A stretch of DNA of 64,000 bases from the human T2T-CHM13v2.0 reference genome, Homo sapiens: the NCBI RefSeq assembly GCF_009914755.1, contig NC_060930.1; one strand, given 5' to 3'. This document shows, one piece after another, positions 47,044-64,000 of the stretch (its first letter is position 1; each line of letters starts with the position of its first letter). The notes below the pieces were generated by a model. It searched no databases, was not told where the DNA came from, and saw only the letters and a list, made by a program, of their open reading frames with translations. The position numbers and the translations under genes are program-made.

Positions 47044-50000
47044 AATTTATGGTAGTCTTTGCAGTCTAGGCTTTTTTGTACCCATCCTTTTTGGGAAGGC
47101 TTTCCAGGTATGCAAGAGAGTTGGGTCTTATAATCTAAATGTTGGGTCACTGCAGTCATATCTGCATTAGATGAAACCTCAAGCCCGATAACTCTATGGT
47201 TCTTGCAGACTCATAGAGGTACCGTCTTGTAAGTCATGTATAAGATTTGGAAGAATTCTCTGATTACCAGGCAGAGATTCTTGTTCTCTTCCCTTACTTT
47301 CTCACAGAGTCTTTCTCTCTTGCGTGTATGTGCAGACTTGGCGGTGGGGTGACACAAGCACCCCTGCAGCCACCACCACTAGGACTGCCCTGAGTCAGAC
47401 TTCAAGCCAGCATGGCACTGGATCTCTCTCAATAGGCCCACAATAACCACCACCTGGCTACTACCTATGTTCACTCAAGGCCCTAGGTAGCAAAACCCAT
47501 CACTCAGCAGGTAGCAAAACCCATCAGGCTTGTGTCCTTCCCCAGGGCAATGAGTTCCCCCAGCCCCAGGCAGGACCAAAGATGCCATCCAGGAGCCAGG
47601 GCCTAGAGTCAGAAACCTTAGGAATCTACCTGATAGCTCTATTCTACTACAGCTGTGCTGGTTCCCTCCCCTTTCTACACAGGAGTCTCCCCTTATGGTC
47701 ATCACCACTTCAGGCCCCTAATGAGTATTGCTTGGCTGCCACTGATGTACACTCAAGGCTCAAGGGCTCTTCAGTCAGCTTGTGGTGAATACTGCCAGAT
47801 CTGAGACTCATCCTTCAGGGAAGTGGGCTCCCTCTGGCCCAGGGCAGGTCCAGAAATGCCATCCAAGAGCCAAGGCCTGGAATTGGGAACCCCCAGAGCC
47901 CACTTGGTGCTCTACCCGACTCTGGTTGAGCTGGTACCTAAGTTGCAAGACAAAGTCCCCTTTACTCTTTCTCTCCTTTTCTCAAGCAGGAGCCTCTCCT
48001 TGTAGCCCACCACAACTCGATGTGCTGGGTCACACCTGAATCCAGCACATCTCAGAGTCTCATCCGAGGCATACTACCTGGGTATTGCTGCTGGTTATTC
48101 AGGGCCTAAGGGCTTTTTAGTCAGCACATGATGAATCCTGCCAGTACTGGGTCCTTTACTTCAAGGAAATGGGTTCTCTTCTGGCCCAGAGTGTGTCTAG
48201 AAATGTCATCCAAGAGCTAGGGCCTCGAATGGGGGCCTTAGGACTCTGCCTGGTGCCCTGTCCTACTATGGCTGAGCTGGCATCCAAGTTGCAAGACAAA
48301 GTTCCTTCTTTTCTCGAGTGGAAGGAAAGTCTCTCTCCTAGCTGCAAGCTGTGCTGCCTGGGGTTAGGGGAGGCTTGGTGCAAGCACTTCCTTGGCCACC
48401 CTGGCTGGTGTCTCACTAGGTCACATGCCCCCAGTAAGTCCACTTGCTTTGAGCCCAGCACAGCACCAGGACTTGCCCAGAAATTGCAGCCCTTGTGGCC
48501 TAGACTGCTTTTAAAGTTTATTTAGAACCCCAGAGCACTTTAGCCTGTGGTGGCGATGCTTGCCAGAACTCAGGTTCCAACTGCTGGGATGGGCAATTCC
48601 CCTCTGGCTAGTGTTAGTCTAAATGTTTTTTCCATGGGCACTGAGTTTTGCCTGGTGTTCCTTTCCACCGTGACAGTGCAGCACCAAGTTCCAAGGCAAA
48701 GTCCCACAGTCACTGCACTCTCTCTCCCGCAAGAGCTCAGATTCTCTCCACCACACAGCCCAGCTGCTGCTGGGGAATGGGAGTGGGGGATTGGTGTTGG
48801 CAATTCCAGACTGTCTTTCCTACCCTCTTTAATGCCTCTTTCAATGATATGAAGTTAAAACCAGGTACTGTGACAGCTCACCTGATTTTTTATTCTTATG
48901 AAGGTGCTTTTTTATGTGGATAGTTGTTCAATTTGGTGTTCCTGCAGGGAGGGTGGTCAGTGGAGGCTTCTATTTAACCATCTTGCTTAGCCTCAAAAAT
49001 CTGGACTGTTTTCTTGCAAAGCCACCCTGCATCCATGTTAACCTTAGACAAGTCTGAGCTTTTGATATATATGAAATGTTGACTATTTAACAAGCAGCAC
49101 CCTTGCCCAGTGGAAATGGGTGCTGGGGCTGACTACCCAGCTTGTAGAGAATCAGCTAGTGACTTTTCTCCCTTTGTCTCCTTCCTGTAGTTAACATTTT
49201 TTATATTTCTTTCCTTACTAGTATTTACATTGTAAAGTCTATAGCATTGTCTAAAAATAAGTTTGGAGGCTATCAATCGAATTTCCCACTGGATAGAGAT
49301 AATTAAGTGTTGCCTAGTTATCTTGCTACCTCCGTAAAATTAGAAATGGCTCTTAAAGGCTTTGGAAGACTGAATTAATCTTGTTAATCATTATACTTTT
49401 TGTGTATTTGACATATTTCATTCTAAAAGACTAATGGCAGATATAACATCTCTTAGAAAACATTGCTGATCTCTACAACAAAATCACACACTGAACACAG
49501 GATAATACACCAGGAGTTCTGGATTCCAAACTGTATGTCCCCATGGAATTTTCCAAGGAGAGGGCAATGGAGCAGCCTCTAGCTCTAGCTCCAACTCAGC
49601 TGTTGGCATGATAAGATGGCAACAGGAAAACAAGATTATGCCTTTGGAGGGAGGACCTGCCTCTCAGCTGTTCCCTTGACTTTGCTAAAAATAGACCTAC
49701 ATTTGAATTTTCAACACTTTATTTACTCAGTCATTGATTCACCCAGAGATGGTTAAGGTGAGTGGTGGGAAGGAGGGAGGGAAATGAAAGACAATTAGAG
49801 AAGTCCAGTTTTAAGGTCAGGGGAATGAATGATTTTGAATGTTTTTACTTACTAGTGTGAACACAGATCAGGGACAAAAATGATATGCATTCATACACTC
49901 CCAGGGAGCTTTCAAAATACATTTGGAACATCCGAATCTTCAAGAAAAACATGCTTATTAATTTAATTATTAACCTGCCTTATTAGAACCAGTGTATTTT

Positions 50001-50137
50001 CTTTATATTGATTTTATGGTGCAATAAAACTATATTCACTATGATTTATGTTCACTTTATAGCAAATTGGGGCCTTTTGTAGAATCAGAATTAATGACAT
50101 ATTAACAAACATTTCTAGAGCCTCAAAAATAATTTTA

Positions 50138-50479
<342 letters not shown>

Positions 50480-51379
50480 TTAGTTTTACAGAAAACCTGG
50501 TAGAAAAAGGCACAATTTTATGCAAAAGTAATCTCTGATTATAATTCATTCCCAGAGGCAAATGTGGTCTACATTATGACATAAGGTCCAGAAACGCCTA
50601 GTAATTAGAACTGAGGCCCTTTTGAATCCACTTAGAAGACATAGGGGCTCTTTCAAGGTATGTGAGTAATGACCCCAGGCTCTCTGACGGAACGCCAGGC
50701 ACACCTGGCCAACAGGTCTCATCTGCAGAAGTTAGTGGTGGCCACTAGAAAGCCAGTGTTGAGGGAGATTCTGAGTGAACACACAGGTGACATGAAGCAG
50801 CCTGTCATGGTGACAGCCAACAGCAGGGGGAGAGGCCATGAGGGTATAATGACTATTATTCAGTATATTTTTCTTCCCTGGTCTAGTCTAGCACCTAATA
50901 TCTCTCATGCACAATTTCTTAGTTTCATGAGTGAAAATAAATTTCATACTTCACTAAATACTCTGAAGAATTATGTTTACCCACTGACATCAAAGATTGT
51001 TCTATCTTTCACGATTTTTCCTTCATAGTTACAGGAGAAACTATAGGGCTATAGGACTATAGTTTTATGTTTAATGACATCAAAATGTCTCCCTTCGGCA
51101 GAATATTGGGAATGGTTTAATATGGGGTTATATAGAGATGAATAATATGTGGTTCCTGACCTCATGAAGGTCACCACCAAATGCAGAATAGACACACACG
51201 GCGATTAATTGCATTATGTTAGACCATGGGCACCAAACATGGCCCAGTGAAGGGAGGTCGGGATGAAGTTAGGGCATCAAAGAAAGCTGCCTGGTTGAGA
51301 AAATGCATGAACTGATCTCCAAAGAATGAGTGTGTATTGTTCAAGAAGAGACCAAATCCCTTTCCCAACTTTCAAGGTC

Positions 51380-52070
<691 letters not shown>

Positions 52071-55000
52071 GTGTATCTGTCTGGAATAGAGGATGAAAAC
52101 ATGAACTAGAGCAGTAGGAGTCAGGAGGGAGAGAGAGGAGACACTGGAAATAAGTATGAAATGCGCGTTGGTGTGGCCAGATTGTAGATTTGATGGGAGG
52201 GGAGGAATAAAGGATGACTTATGGATTTACTGTCTCACCTATCACTTTTACTTTCCAAAGATGAAACAGTAGTGCCTTATATACCTCTGTACTATTTCAT
52301 TGAAGACACATTCCACAGCAATTTACTTAATGCTTTTTGATGCTACACATGGAGATCTGAGAGCTAGATGTAAAGTTATCTATTAAAAAGTGAATCTTCA
52401 GATGGAAACATCCTATCTTTGCATTGGTCCAAATGCAAATATTCAGTGGCGTGACAATCTTCTTGCTGTGACCATCAGCAGTGAAGGAATTCACAGTAAT
52501 CACAGGCACAGTATGGGGGGACTTAGAACAATGCTCTGTGAAGCTGCTCCCTCTCCACTTTATTCACTCATCCTTATCCCTTCTCTCCTCACTGTGCTCC
52601 CAGAATGTTCTCCCTTCTGCCTGGGAGGGAGCTAGAGCTGTGGCTTGTGTCCCTGTCTGAATGTGGAAGAGGACTAATTCCACTGCTCGCTCCAACCCCA
52701 GGCTTTGTGTAACGGTGATCTGCAGTTTCTCCTTTCCCTTCCTCAACTTCAGGAGCTCCTCAACCAAGAAAGAAATTCTTCTCACATTAGAGTTTACCTT
52801 CGCTTATTATGTTTAGGTGCAAGGAAAGACTGAATAAAAGTTGAAGCTGGCAGTTAATTCATTACACTGCATTTTCAAGCATTTCAAACATTTCTTCCTA
52901 AACTATATTATTTCCTGCAAACATCTACAGCTCTAGTATTTGTTTTTTAAAATTATATATATGCACATATACAAATACATATATACATACATATGTGTAT
53001 ATACACTCATCTTTTTCCTTTATAGACTTCTTGATTAGTACCTTAAATCCCAAGTAACATCGTCAGTCTTCAGAGGAGCATCCTGTCACATAACACATGG
53101 TTTCTCTGTTTTCACAGCCTCACCCATGATCCTGGAAGGAATGTCAAGAATCATTTCTGTAACTAGAGAGATATCCCAAGGACGAGGCTTATCTCCTTAA
53201 GGAAGAAATCTGACTTGCTTTCAGAGCCTTACATATAACCACTGTTTAGCTATGTGAAAAGAATTTATATGTTTGACCTAATTGATAAAGAACCCCTGGA
53301 ATGCTCCTAAATCTCTGAGCAACTATATTCCAGAGTGCAGGAATCACTTGGGAATTCATTTGAATTGTCTGATCTTAACTGCTGAAGTCTATCCACTGAG
53401 AAACCCCTGGTGCATCTCAATAGCTGCATCTTATTGTGGTCATATTTTGTTTCTTTTATTGCTTCCATTGCCCTTCCTCTCTCCCCCATTACCTTGCCTC
53501 TCTCTCTGTTTTTTTTCCTCCCTCTCCCACTCTCTTCTCTTCTCCCTCTCCCTCTCGCCTTTTGTTCTCTCAAGTGCCTCTTCATGTTGTTTTTATTCCA
53601 GATCCTCAGTAATTCTTATTGCAATATGCCCAGAACTAAAAAGGCTGCTGACCAGTGCTAGAACATACAGTCTAGGACCTGTAAATCCCACACAGCTCCT
53701 CCTACAGAGCTCTAGGTAATGCCCAAACTGAGGAGGTAACCATGGTGATGACTTGGATCAACAAACAATGTGCAAAGAGGCTTAAGCAGTAAGTTATGTA
53801 ACACTCCATGCGGGTCTAGAGGCGAAGCTCTACTTAGACTAAGGGATAAAGGTTCAAGGTTCATGTTACCTAACAATATATCGCCTAGATACAAACACTA
53901 GTGATTTATTTCACTTACATGGTAAGATTTTATGTGGTTGGCACGAACTGGCATAGAACATTGCTAGTTGTAAGATGAAAGAGTAGAACCAATCAACAAT
54001 GGAGAATGCTGTGCCTAGAAAACACCCCACCCACCCCTGCTGTTGTATTATCTAATACACTCTGACTTTGGAGGAACAGCTCATCATCTCAAAGTTCCCC
54101 CACCTTTGACTTTGCTTCTCTGATGTGGAAAGTTCCAGTGACCCTGTTTCTTCCAGGTAACTTTGCTGTGAAGTTCAGTTCTGCCTGATCTTTGGCCAGC
54201 AGCAGGGAATTCAGGCTGTTTGTCGAGATCATGATTATAACTTATGAAAATGAGAAAAGTATTCCCAGATACAAACCCATCCTTGCCCTGCCAATCCATG
54301 CTAAGAAGGCTGCTGTAGAGAAATGTAATGCAAATTATCAAAACTAAGTGGGTATGACAGCCTCTTTCCTGATCCACACACATCCTCAGGCTGCTCTGAT
54401 GTGATTTTTCTTGTTCTTCAAGGCTGCTTTTGCTATATGTTTTATTTTGTCTCAATAGAATAGGGGTATTACACAATACAGGCTACTTCGTAGCTGATTT
54501 CCTTCCCATGTTCTCAGAATAGCCCAGAATGAGATTAAGAACCAAGCAAGTAATAGAGGCAGGAGTATATTTAGGGCATGGCAACCTCTAGGTGGCTTTG
54601 TCTTTTGCTTTCATTGCTATCTCATCAGCTATTCTGTCCTCCCCCCAAGAATAAATAGAACAAGGATGTAACCAAGGAAAATCAAATTCTCCTCTATTAG
54701 ACAATTCATTACATGTGAATAATTTTTGAGACACAAGAAACCTCTTCATCCTCCAGTATATAAATTTTTCTTTTTTTTTTATTTTAGTGGCATCAAGAAA
54801 TGCGTATCTAATATTTTTGCAAAATAAACCCAAGGCCCATTCAAAAGGATGGTCACCTCTGGATGATAGTCTCATTGTGATGAGAATAAACATGAGATGT
54901 TACAGATATCCAACAAATACACAGAGGACAAGATCTTGCACTGCCTTTTTAACAGGAAAGATAAATCTTAACTCATCCACCCACCCTCCATTGCCTAGTT

Positions 55001-55956
55001 GTCACTCTGCACATACTCAGTGAAGAAGGTTGCAATCTTCAATAAAGTTTATACCATAAAATAGCTGTGATGTGCTTGCACTGAAGCACATCAAACCTCT
55101 CAGAGCTAACTAGCTTTTACCAAGATCAATCCAAGGACCTCTCCGTATTAGGTCCCAAGCCTTAACCACTGACACTCCAGGCCTAAGAAGGGAATTCATG
55201 AAGACACCACTAGTAAATCACTCAAAAAGAAGGAAATATTGAATGCATTCCAGATTCTTGTATCACAAGTATTGCACTTCTCTCTTCATTTCTGAAGTTC
55301 GTCATGAAAGGGCAATAGTATTGGTAATCTCAGTTTTCCTCTTTCTTAAGGAAAATTGCTTTTTCTCAGAATCTTAGGAGCACAAATGAGAAGGGATCTT
55401 AAAAGCCATCTAGCCCTACACTACAGCAACTACAAAAACAAATCATCTTTTTGTCACATCCAAGGATCAGCGCCTGCTCTCAGCCTCAACCACCCTAGCA
55501 ACAAGGAACTAAACTGCATCACAACATTGCATTTTCTGTTCCATTTTTGGACAAGTAAAATTGATGAAAAATTCTGTATCTTGTATGAGCTTAAGACTTT
55601 CAAAACCTAAGCATTTAAAAAAATGATGATGCTCCCTGCCTTTCAGGCAATATGTAATTCAAATTTTTAAAATACCAATTTGTAAAATAGGAGAACAAAA
55701 CTAAGGTTCTGAATTTCCTCATTAAAAACATTGATATTTTCTTTCTAAATTTCAAATGGTAGACTCTTTTAAAAAAAAAAAAAGCAAATAAAAAAGTCTT
55801 CCTTAGTTTCTTTTTGGCCTTTGATGTGCTTGCTTGCTGGCATCCTGCATCCATGGTTAACTTGCTAGTGGGAAATACATCATTACCATTCTATGTCTTC
55901 CATTTTGCAAATTAAACATTCTCTCTTTTCACTGTTCTTCAGAAATCACAGTTTCC

Positions 55957-56916
<960 letters not shown>

Positions 56917-57221
56917 CCTTACTCATGCCCTCAGCCAGGAACCTGTATGCAGCATGCAAACTGTTGAAGCCCACCAGTGGGATTTGCAATCTGCCCACCC
57001 CTCCTGTGTTTGTGTTGCTAATTTTCTGGAACTGAGGGCAACCTTTATATATCTCCCTTTTACTTTTTATCCTGTTAGATTTGGTCCATTGTTCCGTCCT
57101 GTCAAGTTATTTTGGGTTCCAACGTATTTGCCCTCCCACCCAGCTGCAGAGTCATCAAGAGACCATCTTAATCTGGCAGCTCAGAGGCCCTATCAAAAGG
57201 AAGTGAGATCTGGCAAGGGAG

Positions 57222-57308
57222 CTATTATTCATCTCATTCTGACTTTAGTGATGGCCTCTTCCCTCTCTATTATTCATCTTGTTCTGACTTTAGTGATGGC
57301 CTCTTCCC
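57222..57308. repeat. 42-bp direct duplication with a 3-bp spacer
   Basis: CTATTATTCATCT[CA/TG]TTCTGACTTTAGTGATGGCCTCTTCCC x2. Confidence 0.95.
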
Positions 57309-57654
57309 ATGATGGTCTCATCATGACAATATATTTCAGAGTTTTTTCAGTATCAGTATCAAATATTCTGTTTTGTGGACTGAAGAGTCTAAACTTCTTC
57401 CCATGTCTGAAAACTAGGACATTTTCTGATCTCCATCCAGTCTCAGGACACATCTCCTGTGCTCCACAATTCCGCAACCATTACTGACAGCCATTTTCAA
57501 TTGAAATCACACAGAGCCAAAGGCAGAGGTCTCATGAAATTTCTTTTGAAGTAGTTTAACTGTGGATTTTTACAGATAAATGGAAAATTTTCTATAATAC
57601 AGAGTTTTTTTTTTTTTATTTTTTTATTTTTTTTTTATTTTTTTACTTTTGTTT

Positions 57655-57870
57655 TACTGCAGTTTAGAAGTTTCTTTATTCACCTTTTTCCAGGAAGGGC
57701 AAACTGCTGTCTTCTAGTTAAATGTAGAATATTTTTTAATGCAACAATAAAATTCCAGCAACTACAAAATGATGATTCTTTAAAAATGTGTATAATTTTC
57801 TATTCCTTTTCATTTTTGCCATATGATTTTGCCATTCACCGTAGGATCTTTTCTCATTTGGAACTTCAAA
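57655..57870 (-). other. Candidate terminal exon of an unidentified transcript
   Basis: Acceptor TACTAATTATATTTTTCAATAG with branch-like TACTAAT; AATAAA at 57680-57675. Confidence 0.45.
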
Positions 57871-58232
57871 CTATTGAAAAATATAATTAGTATCCCATTT
57901 TGTACGTGGGTTAAAATTTCAGTACAGAAATCTTATTTGTAATTTTATGTAACTATATAGCTATGATTACACAACTCTATTATCTGTGAATTATTTTAAT
58001 CTGTATTTTAACCTTTATCAAAAAGAATAGAATATACTAAGTTATTTAGATCAAAGTTGTATCACTATATAGAAAATCTAGTCTCTATTTAGCATTGTTT
58101 CTGATTGGCATAGAGAAAAATGTGGAGATACATTTTTTTTGCCATATATGAGCTCTTTCAGACTTTTTAAAAGAAATATTATACCTACAGAAAGAAACCA
58201 TTTCAGCCGGCACAGTTTTATTTTCCACTTAC

Positions 58233-58290
58233 ATTGCCAAAAGCCATACCATCTTTCCCGTCTTTGCATTTTTGTGATTGTCCAATTTGC
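58233..58290 (-). other. Candidate 58-bp internal exon
   Basis: Acceptor CTTACACTTTCTTATTTAG and donor AAT|GTAAGT; no stop codon in any frame. Confidence 0.45.
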
Positions 58291-58614
58291 CTAAATAAGA
58301 AAGTGTAAGCATCTGCCAGCACCCTATATAGTCAAAGCCTTCTCAGCGGATTCCATTTGCACAGGGTCTGCAGATTTAGAGATAGCAAGAAGCCAAAGGA
58401 AGAGATCTGCAGTTCAAACAGAGAAGAATCTTTCTTCTCCAAAGTTGGCATGGGATGCAGACTCAAGCCTAACCTAGGAATAAAAATTGAAAATACGATA
58501 CAGTGATTAGAAGAACCAGGAAAAGCTTGTGAATTAGAACCGAACTACATAAAGGAGAAGCTGAATGTTTAATCAGTCCAAGTAATATGAGACTACTGAA
58601 ACTACTATTAATAA

Positions 58615-58820
58615 TATTATCATACTTAACCTGTCCCAGGCACTGTGCTAAACTCATTACATTTTATAAGTGTGATCCTAATGAATTGTCATGATGACAC
58701 TATCATAAAAGCACTGATGTAATCTGCATTTCACAGATGAAAAAACTGAAGCTCCAAGATGTTAGGTAACTTGCTCAAGATGATGAATTTAGTAAGAGGC
58801 AGAGTCAGATTTTAAACCTG
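58615..58820 (-). mobile_element. MIR
   Basis: CAGGCACTGTGCTAAA..CATTTCACAGATGAAAAAACTGAAGC..GGTAACTTGCTCAAG. Confidence 0.8.
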
Positions 58821-58989
58821 TCATAACCCTGTACTTTTGACTTCTTTCTAAATTTCCTATATGGTTCACCTCAGAAATAAAAAATGTTGCTTTTTTCTCT
58901 TCAACACTAGACTCAGGTGGACAGAATGGGATTAATCATAATTAGATTTATCACTGATAATGTATAGCCTGATTTTATTGGTTTATCAG

Positions 58990-59995
<1,006 letters not shown>

Positions 59996-60831
59996 GTGGA
60001 AGACCCTAACCCTGTCCACAGAGGAGGTAAAATTAAAGGAAAAAAAAAAAAAAGAATAACCTAACCCAAGGGCCAAATCCTTGCCAGAGAAATTGCCCTT
60101 ATTTTAGCCTTGATTTTTAGTAACTTAAGAGTTAATTCAAGATCTAATAGAAATGGGATAGTAACCTTATTTTATAACAACACCTAATATGTGCTTAAAG
60201 GCTGACTTACTGCCTTTAATTGTTTTTACTATCTTTTTGCAAAATATCATCCCCATATTACATAACCAGACACAGAGGACCCTTTTACGTAGTAAAATTA
60301 TATTGCAAAGAATCCTCAGTTCTTAGTACCAAATTTCCCCAGAGCACATGAATTTCTAGGGGCCGCCAACAGTCCTGACTACCTGTTGCACAGATCAGAA
60401 GCATGCTGCCTGACTGCAAAGGCTAACATGTGAAGAAAGGCTTTTGCCTTTATAAGGATGTCATAAGCAGTCTTTCACGTAACAGGAAGTTGTAGTGCAT
60501 ACAAATGCTATTTTAAAGTCTGGGGATATTTAATCATACCTTAATCTTTATTATTTATATTTCCCGGTGCCAGTGTCCACAACTATTGTCCAAAGTGTGA
60601 CAGAAAGAAATCCTGTAGCAGGAAGCCCAGAGCCTACTCATGGACACCTGTTGCAACTTGAATCGCAACCAGTACTTGCAAAACAATGCATATATGTGAA
60701 CAACTAAGTGTAGCTACTGGCCCTGCCTTACTAATATAGAAGGAGATTACAACTCCACCTGCTGCCCCTGATATTTTAGGTGTCTCTGGAAGCAGAGGAA
60801 GAAATGGAAAAACGACATAGGTAGTAAGAAA

Positions 60832-61608
60832 TGTTCGTGGCGGCAAATCCACATGGATCTGCAGCAACCTCAATTCTTGCTTCCTCAGAAGAAAGAATTC
60901 GACTAAGGGGCATAAGGCAGAGGGAGAGCCTGAAGCAAGTTTTAGAGGAGGAGTGAAAGTTTATTAAAAAGTTTTTAGCAGGAATGAAAGGAAGTAAAGT
61001 ACCTGGAAGAGGGCCAAATGAGCAACTTGAGAGATTCAAGTGTGTGGTTTAGCCTTTGACTTGGGGTTTAATATGTTGGCAAGCTTCCAGAGGTTGCGTC
61101 TCTTCTCCAGTGAGCCTTCCTTGGAGTGGGCTGTCCGCATGCGTAGTGGCCTGCCAGCACTTGGGAGGGGCCGCATGCACAGTATGTTTACTAGAGTTGT
61201 GCACATACTCACTTGAGGAATTCTTCCTTCACCAGCGGAATGTTCCCATAGGACGGTCATATGCCACTTAGGAAACTCTCCCATTTTGCCTCCTAGTGCG
61301 CATGCATGAGCCCACTTGGCCAACTCCTGAGATCTTGTCAGGAAGCTGCCAATCACCAACTTTAGATGTTTTGTTAATCTAGGGAGACTGCCTTTCCCCT
61401 GGCACTGGCTGCAACCAATTATTAGGTTGGTGCAAAAGTAATTGCCGTTACTTCCAGTGGCAAAAACAGCAATTACTTTTGCACCAACCTAATATTATTT
61501 TAGAGAGACAGTTTAACAAGCACCTGACCACCACATGATGATTGCCTGACATTCCTGGTGGCGGGGGAACCTCTGTGCCCTACTCATGTTTAACTATCTA
61601 TCGTAACA
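60832..61608 (-). mobile_element. ERV1 solo LTR (MER50-like)
   Basis: TG...CA ends; CTGCAGCAACCTCAATTCTTGCTTCCTCAGAAGAAAGAATTCGACT motif; 4-bp TSD GAAA. Confidence 0.85.
61422..61492. mobile_element. MADE1 (Hsmar1-derived MITE)
   Basis: Perfect 24-bp TIRs TTAGGTTGGTGCAAAAGTAATTGC; TA target duplication. Confidence 0.95.
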
Positions 61609-62379
61609 GAAACAAGAGTACAACCATAGAGGAAAAAAATAAGGAAAGAGACTGCTAGAAAATAGCCAGAAAATTCTCATTTTCCCACCTAAAATAACAG
61701 ATGCCTATAAAACTCTTCTTATTACAACAATACATAGCAGGGAGCATATGCAAGAGTGGGAAACGTAGGAGAAATTCCCCTCTGAAACCCCTTATACTGG
61801 AAAACTGGGCTTCAACGATTGAACTTGGAGAAACAGACATATCTCTGTAATTAATGTAATTCAGTTTTTTCCCAATGGTCTTTGTTGATAATATAGTCCA
61901 ATCAGTGGTATTTTCCCCAACTGGCAAAAAGACTCAGGCCCTTTACGTATCACCTGGCTATTTTGGGAGTTTCTAGGAGTACATGATCAAATCTGGTTGG
62001 AAAATTGGTAAGTTACTGAATTGGGATGTACTTCTTTCTTCTATTCCTAATCAGAGCCCTGTCATCTGTGTACCGCAGGGTAACATTACCACCCTTACTG
62101 GGTACTTTATATTGTCAGGCCCTGCTGCTTTTTCTCCTGCATTCTGTCTGATTCAACACACACTGCTCTCACTTCCACTGGATCTTGAAGGACGAGTGTT
62201 AAACTTGGTTTGCATTAAAGTGAAAGAAAACATTTCTCTCTCTCTCTCTCAATGTCAAAAATCAATGTTTAGAACTCTTAGGAGGAACTATCAGTCAATG
62301 ATTTTTAGACTTTGGAGCAGGAAATAACATATGAAACACACAACATGTTAACTTTTAAAAGCAAAAAAACAAGCTGCAC

Positions 62380-62995
62380 AAATTCGACCTCATTAAAATT
62401 AAGGCGTTACAATTAAGAAATTTGTCAACAGACACCTTAAATAGAATGGACAAATTATAAACTGAAAGAAGCCATTTGAAAGATACACAACCAACTAGGA
62501 TTTGTTCAAAAAAAAAATATATATATATATAAAAGTTCAATAAGTCAATAAAGAAACCAATAGAAAAATAGACAAAAAACATGAACAATCATTTCACAGA
62601 AGAAGAATCATATATGGGCAATAAACACATGAATTCACGTTCAATCTCAGTGATCAGGAATTATAAATTAATGCAACAATGAAGTACTATTGTGTACCCA
62701 TTTGGTTGGCAACAATTGAAGAGTCTGATAATATCTCATGTTGGAAAAGATGTATATCCACAAGGCATTTCACAAAGTTGCTGGTAGGAGTAAAAATTGG
62801 TAAAACTATTTAGACTATTTTAGCATTAGCTCCTGAAGTTGAACACTCACATAACCCTTTGATCCAGCAATTTCATTGAGCATAAGCATATACTCAATTT
62901 CTCTTTAGTATAAGCATATACTCAAGAGAAAGTCTGCATGTGTTCACCAGGAGATATATATATATGAGTGTTCATGGTTCACAATCATGGAAACC
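62380..62995 (+). mobile_element. Old L1 (L1ME-like) ORF2 3' fragment
   Basis: CCAATAGAAAAATAGACAAAAAACATGAACAATCATTTCACAGAAGAAG, TTTGATCCAGCAATTTCA. Confidence 0.75.
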
Positions 62996-62997
62996 TG

Positions 62998-63695
<698 letters not shown>

Positions 63696-64000
63696 CAATT
63701 CATATTTTTTAATAAACATATAAAGTTTCTAAAGTTTCTGAATTTTCTTAAATTTACATTGTCAAATGTAACAACCTTCCCTTTGAGGTTTCTTTTCTTA
63801 CAAATCTTATTTCATAACAAGATCAAATAAATAAGAACCTATCTTTTCTGTCAGTTGCTTCATGATTTCTTTTTAGTGTATAACTATTTTACCCATCTTG
63901 ATTTATTTTGGTATATGGTATTAAATGGAAATCTAGTGAGGTTTTTATTCAAATAAATAACCAATTTTTCTGACATCATTTACTGGATATTCTCTTTCCA

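Noticed and set aside
57604-57680. Processed pseudogene (AATAAA plus A-rich tail on the minus strand)
   Set aside because: No TSD found, and the upstream sequence appears to retain an intron
61655-62327. Coding-looking stretch right of MER50
   Set aside because: Interrupted by stops and not recognisable; could be a decayed repeat or pseudogene, needs tBLASTx

Overview
This is primate (very probably human) repeat-rich genomic DNA, with no confidently identifiable protein-coding gene. Most ORFs in the track are Alu, L1, LTR or simple-repeat artefacts. It contains about 35 Alu/FLAM/FRAM elements, a 968-bp HERV-K(HML-2) LTR5_Hs solo LTR with a perfect 6-bp TSD, and a near full-length old L1MA-type LINE (40.1-49.0 kb, TSD intact). 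Also present are MaLR and MER50 LTRs, a MADE1 MITE, MER91A, L2/MIR/L3 fossils, a 3'-truncated U2 snRNA retrocopy, a 28S rRNA-L1 chimeric retrocopy, a (GGAA)17 microsatellite and a palindromic 24-bp AT-rich minisatellite. Good splice and polyA signals at 57.66-58.29 kb suggest the last exons of an unidentified minus-strand transcript. The most unusual structure is an Alu at 55.96-56.62 kb that has captured inverted copies of both of its flanks (185 bp identical; 105 bp with 2 mismatches), joined by microhomologies and snap-back hairpins. Similar templated-repair scars recur at 38.4, 45.3 and 47.5 kb. I see no evidence of a new gene system; the novelty is structural/mutational. Repeat subfamily names come from recalled consensus sequences and need RepeatMasker/Dfam confirmation.
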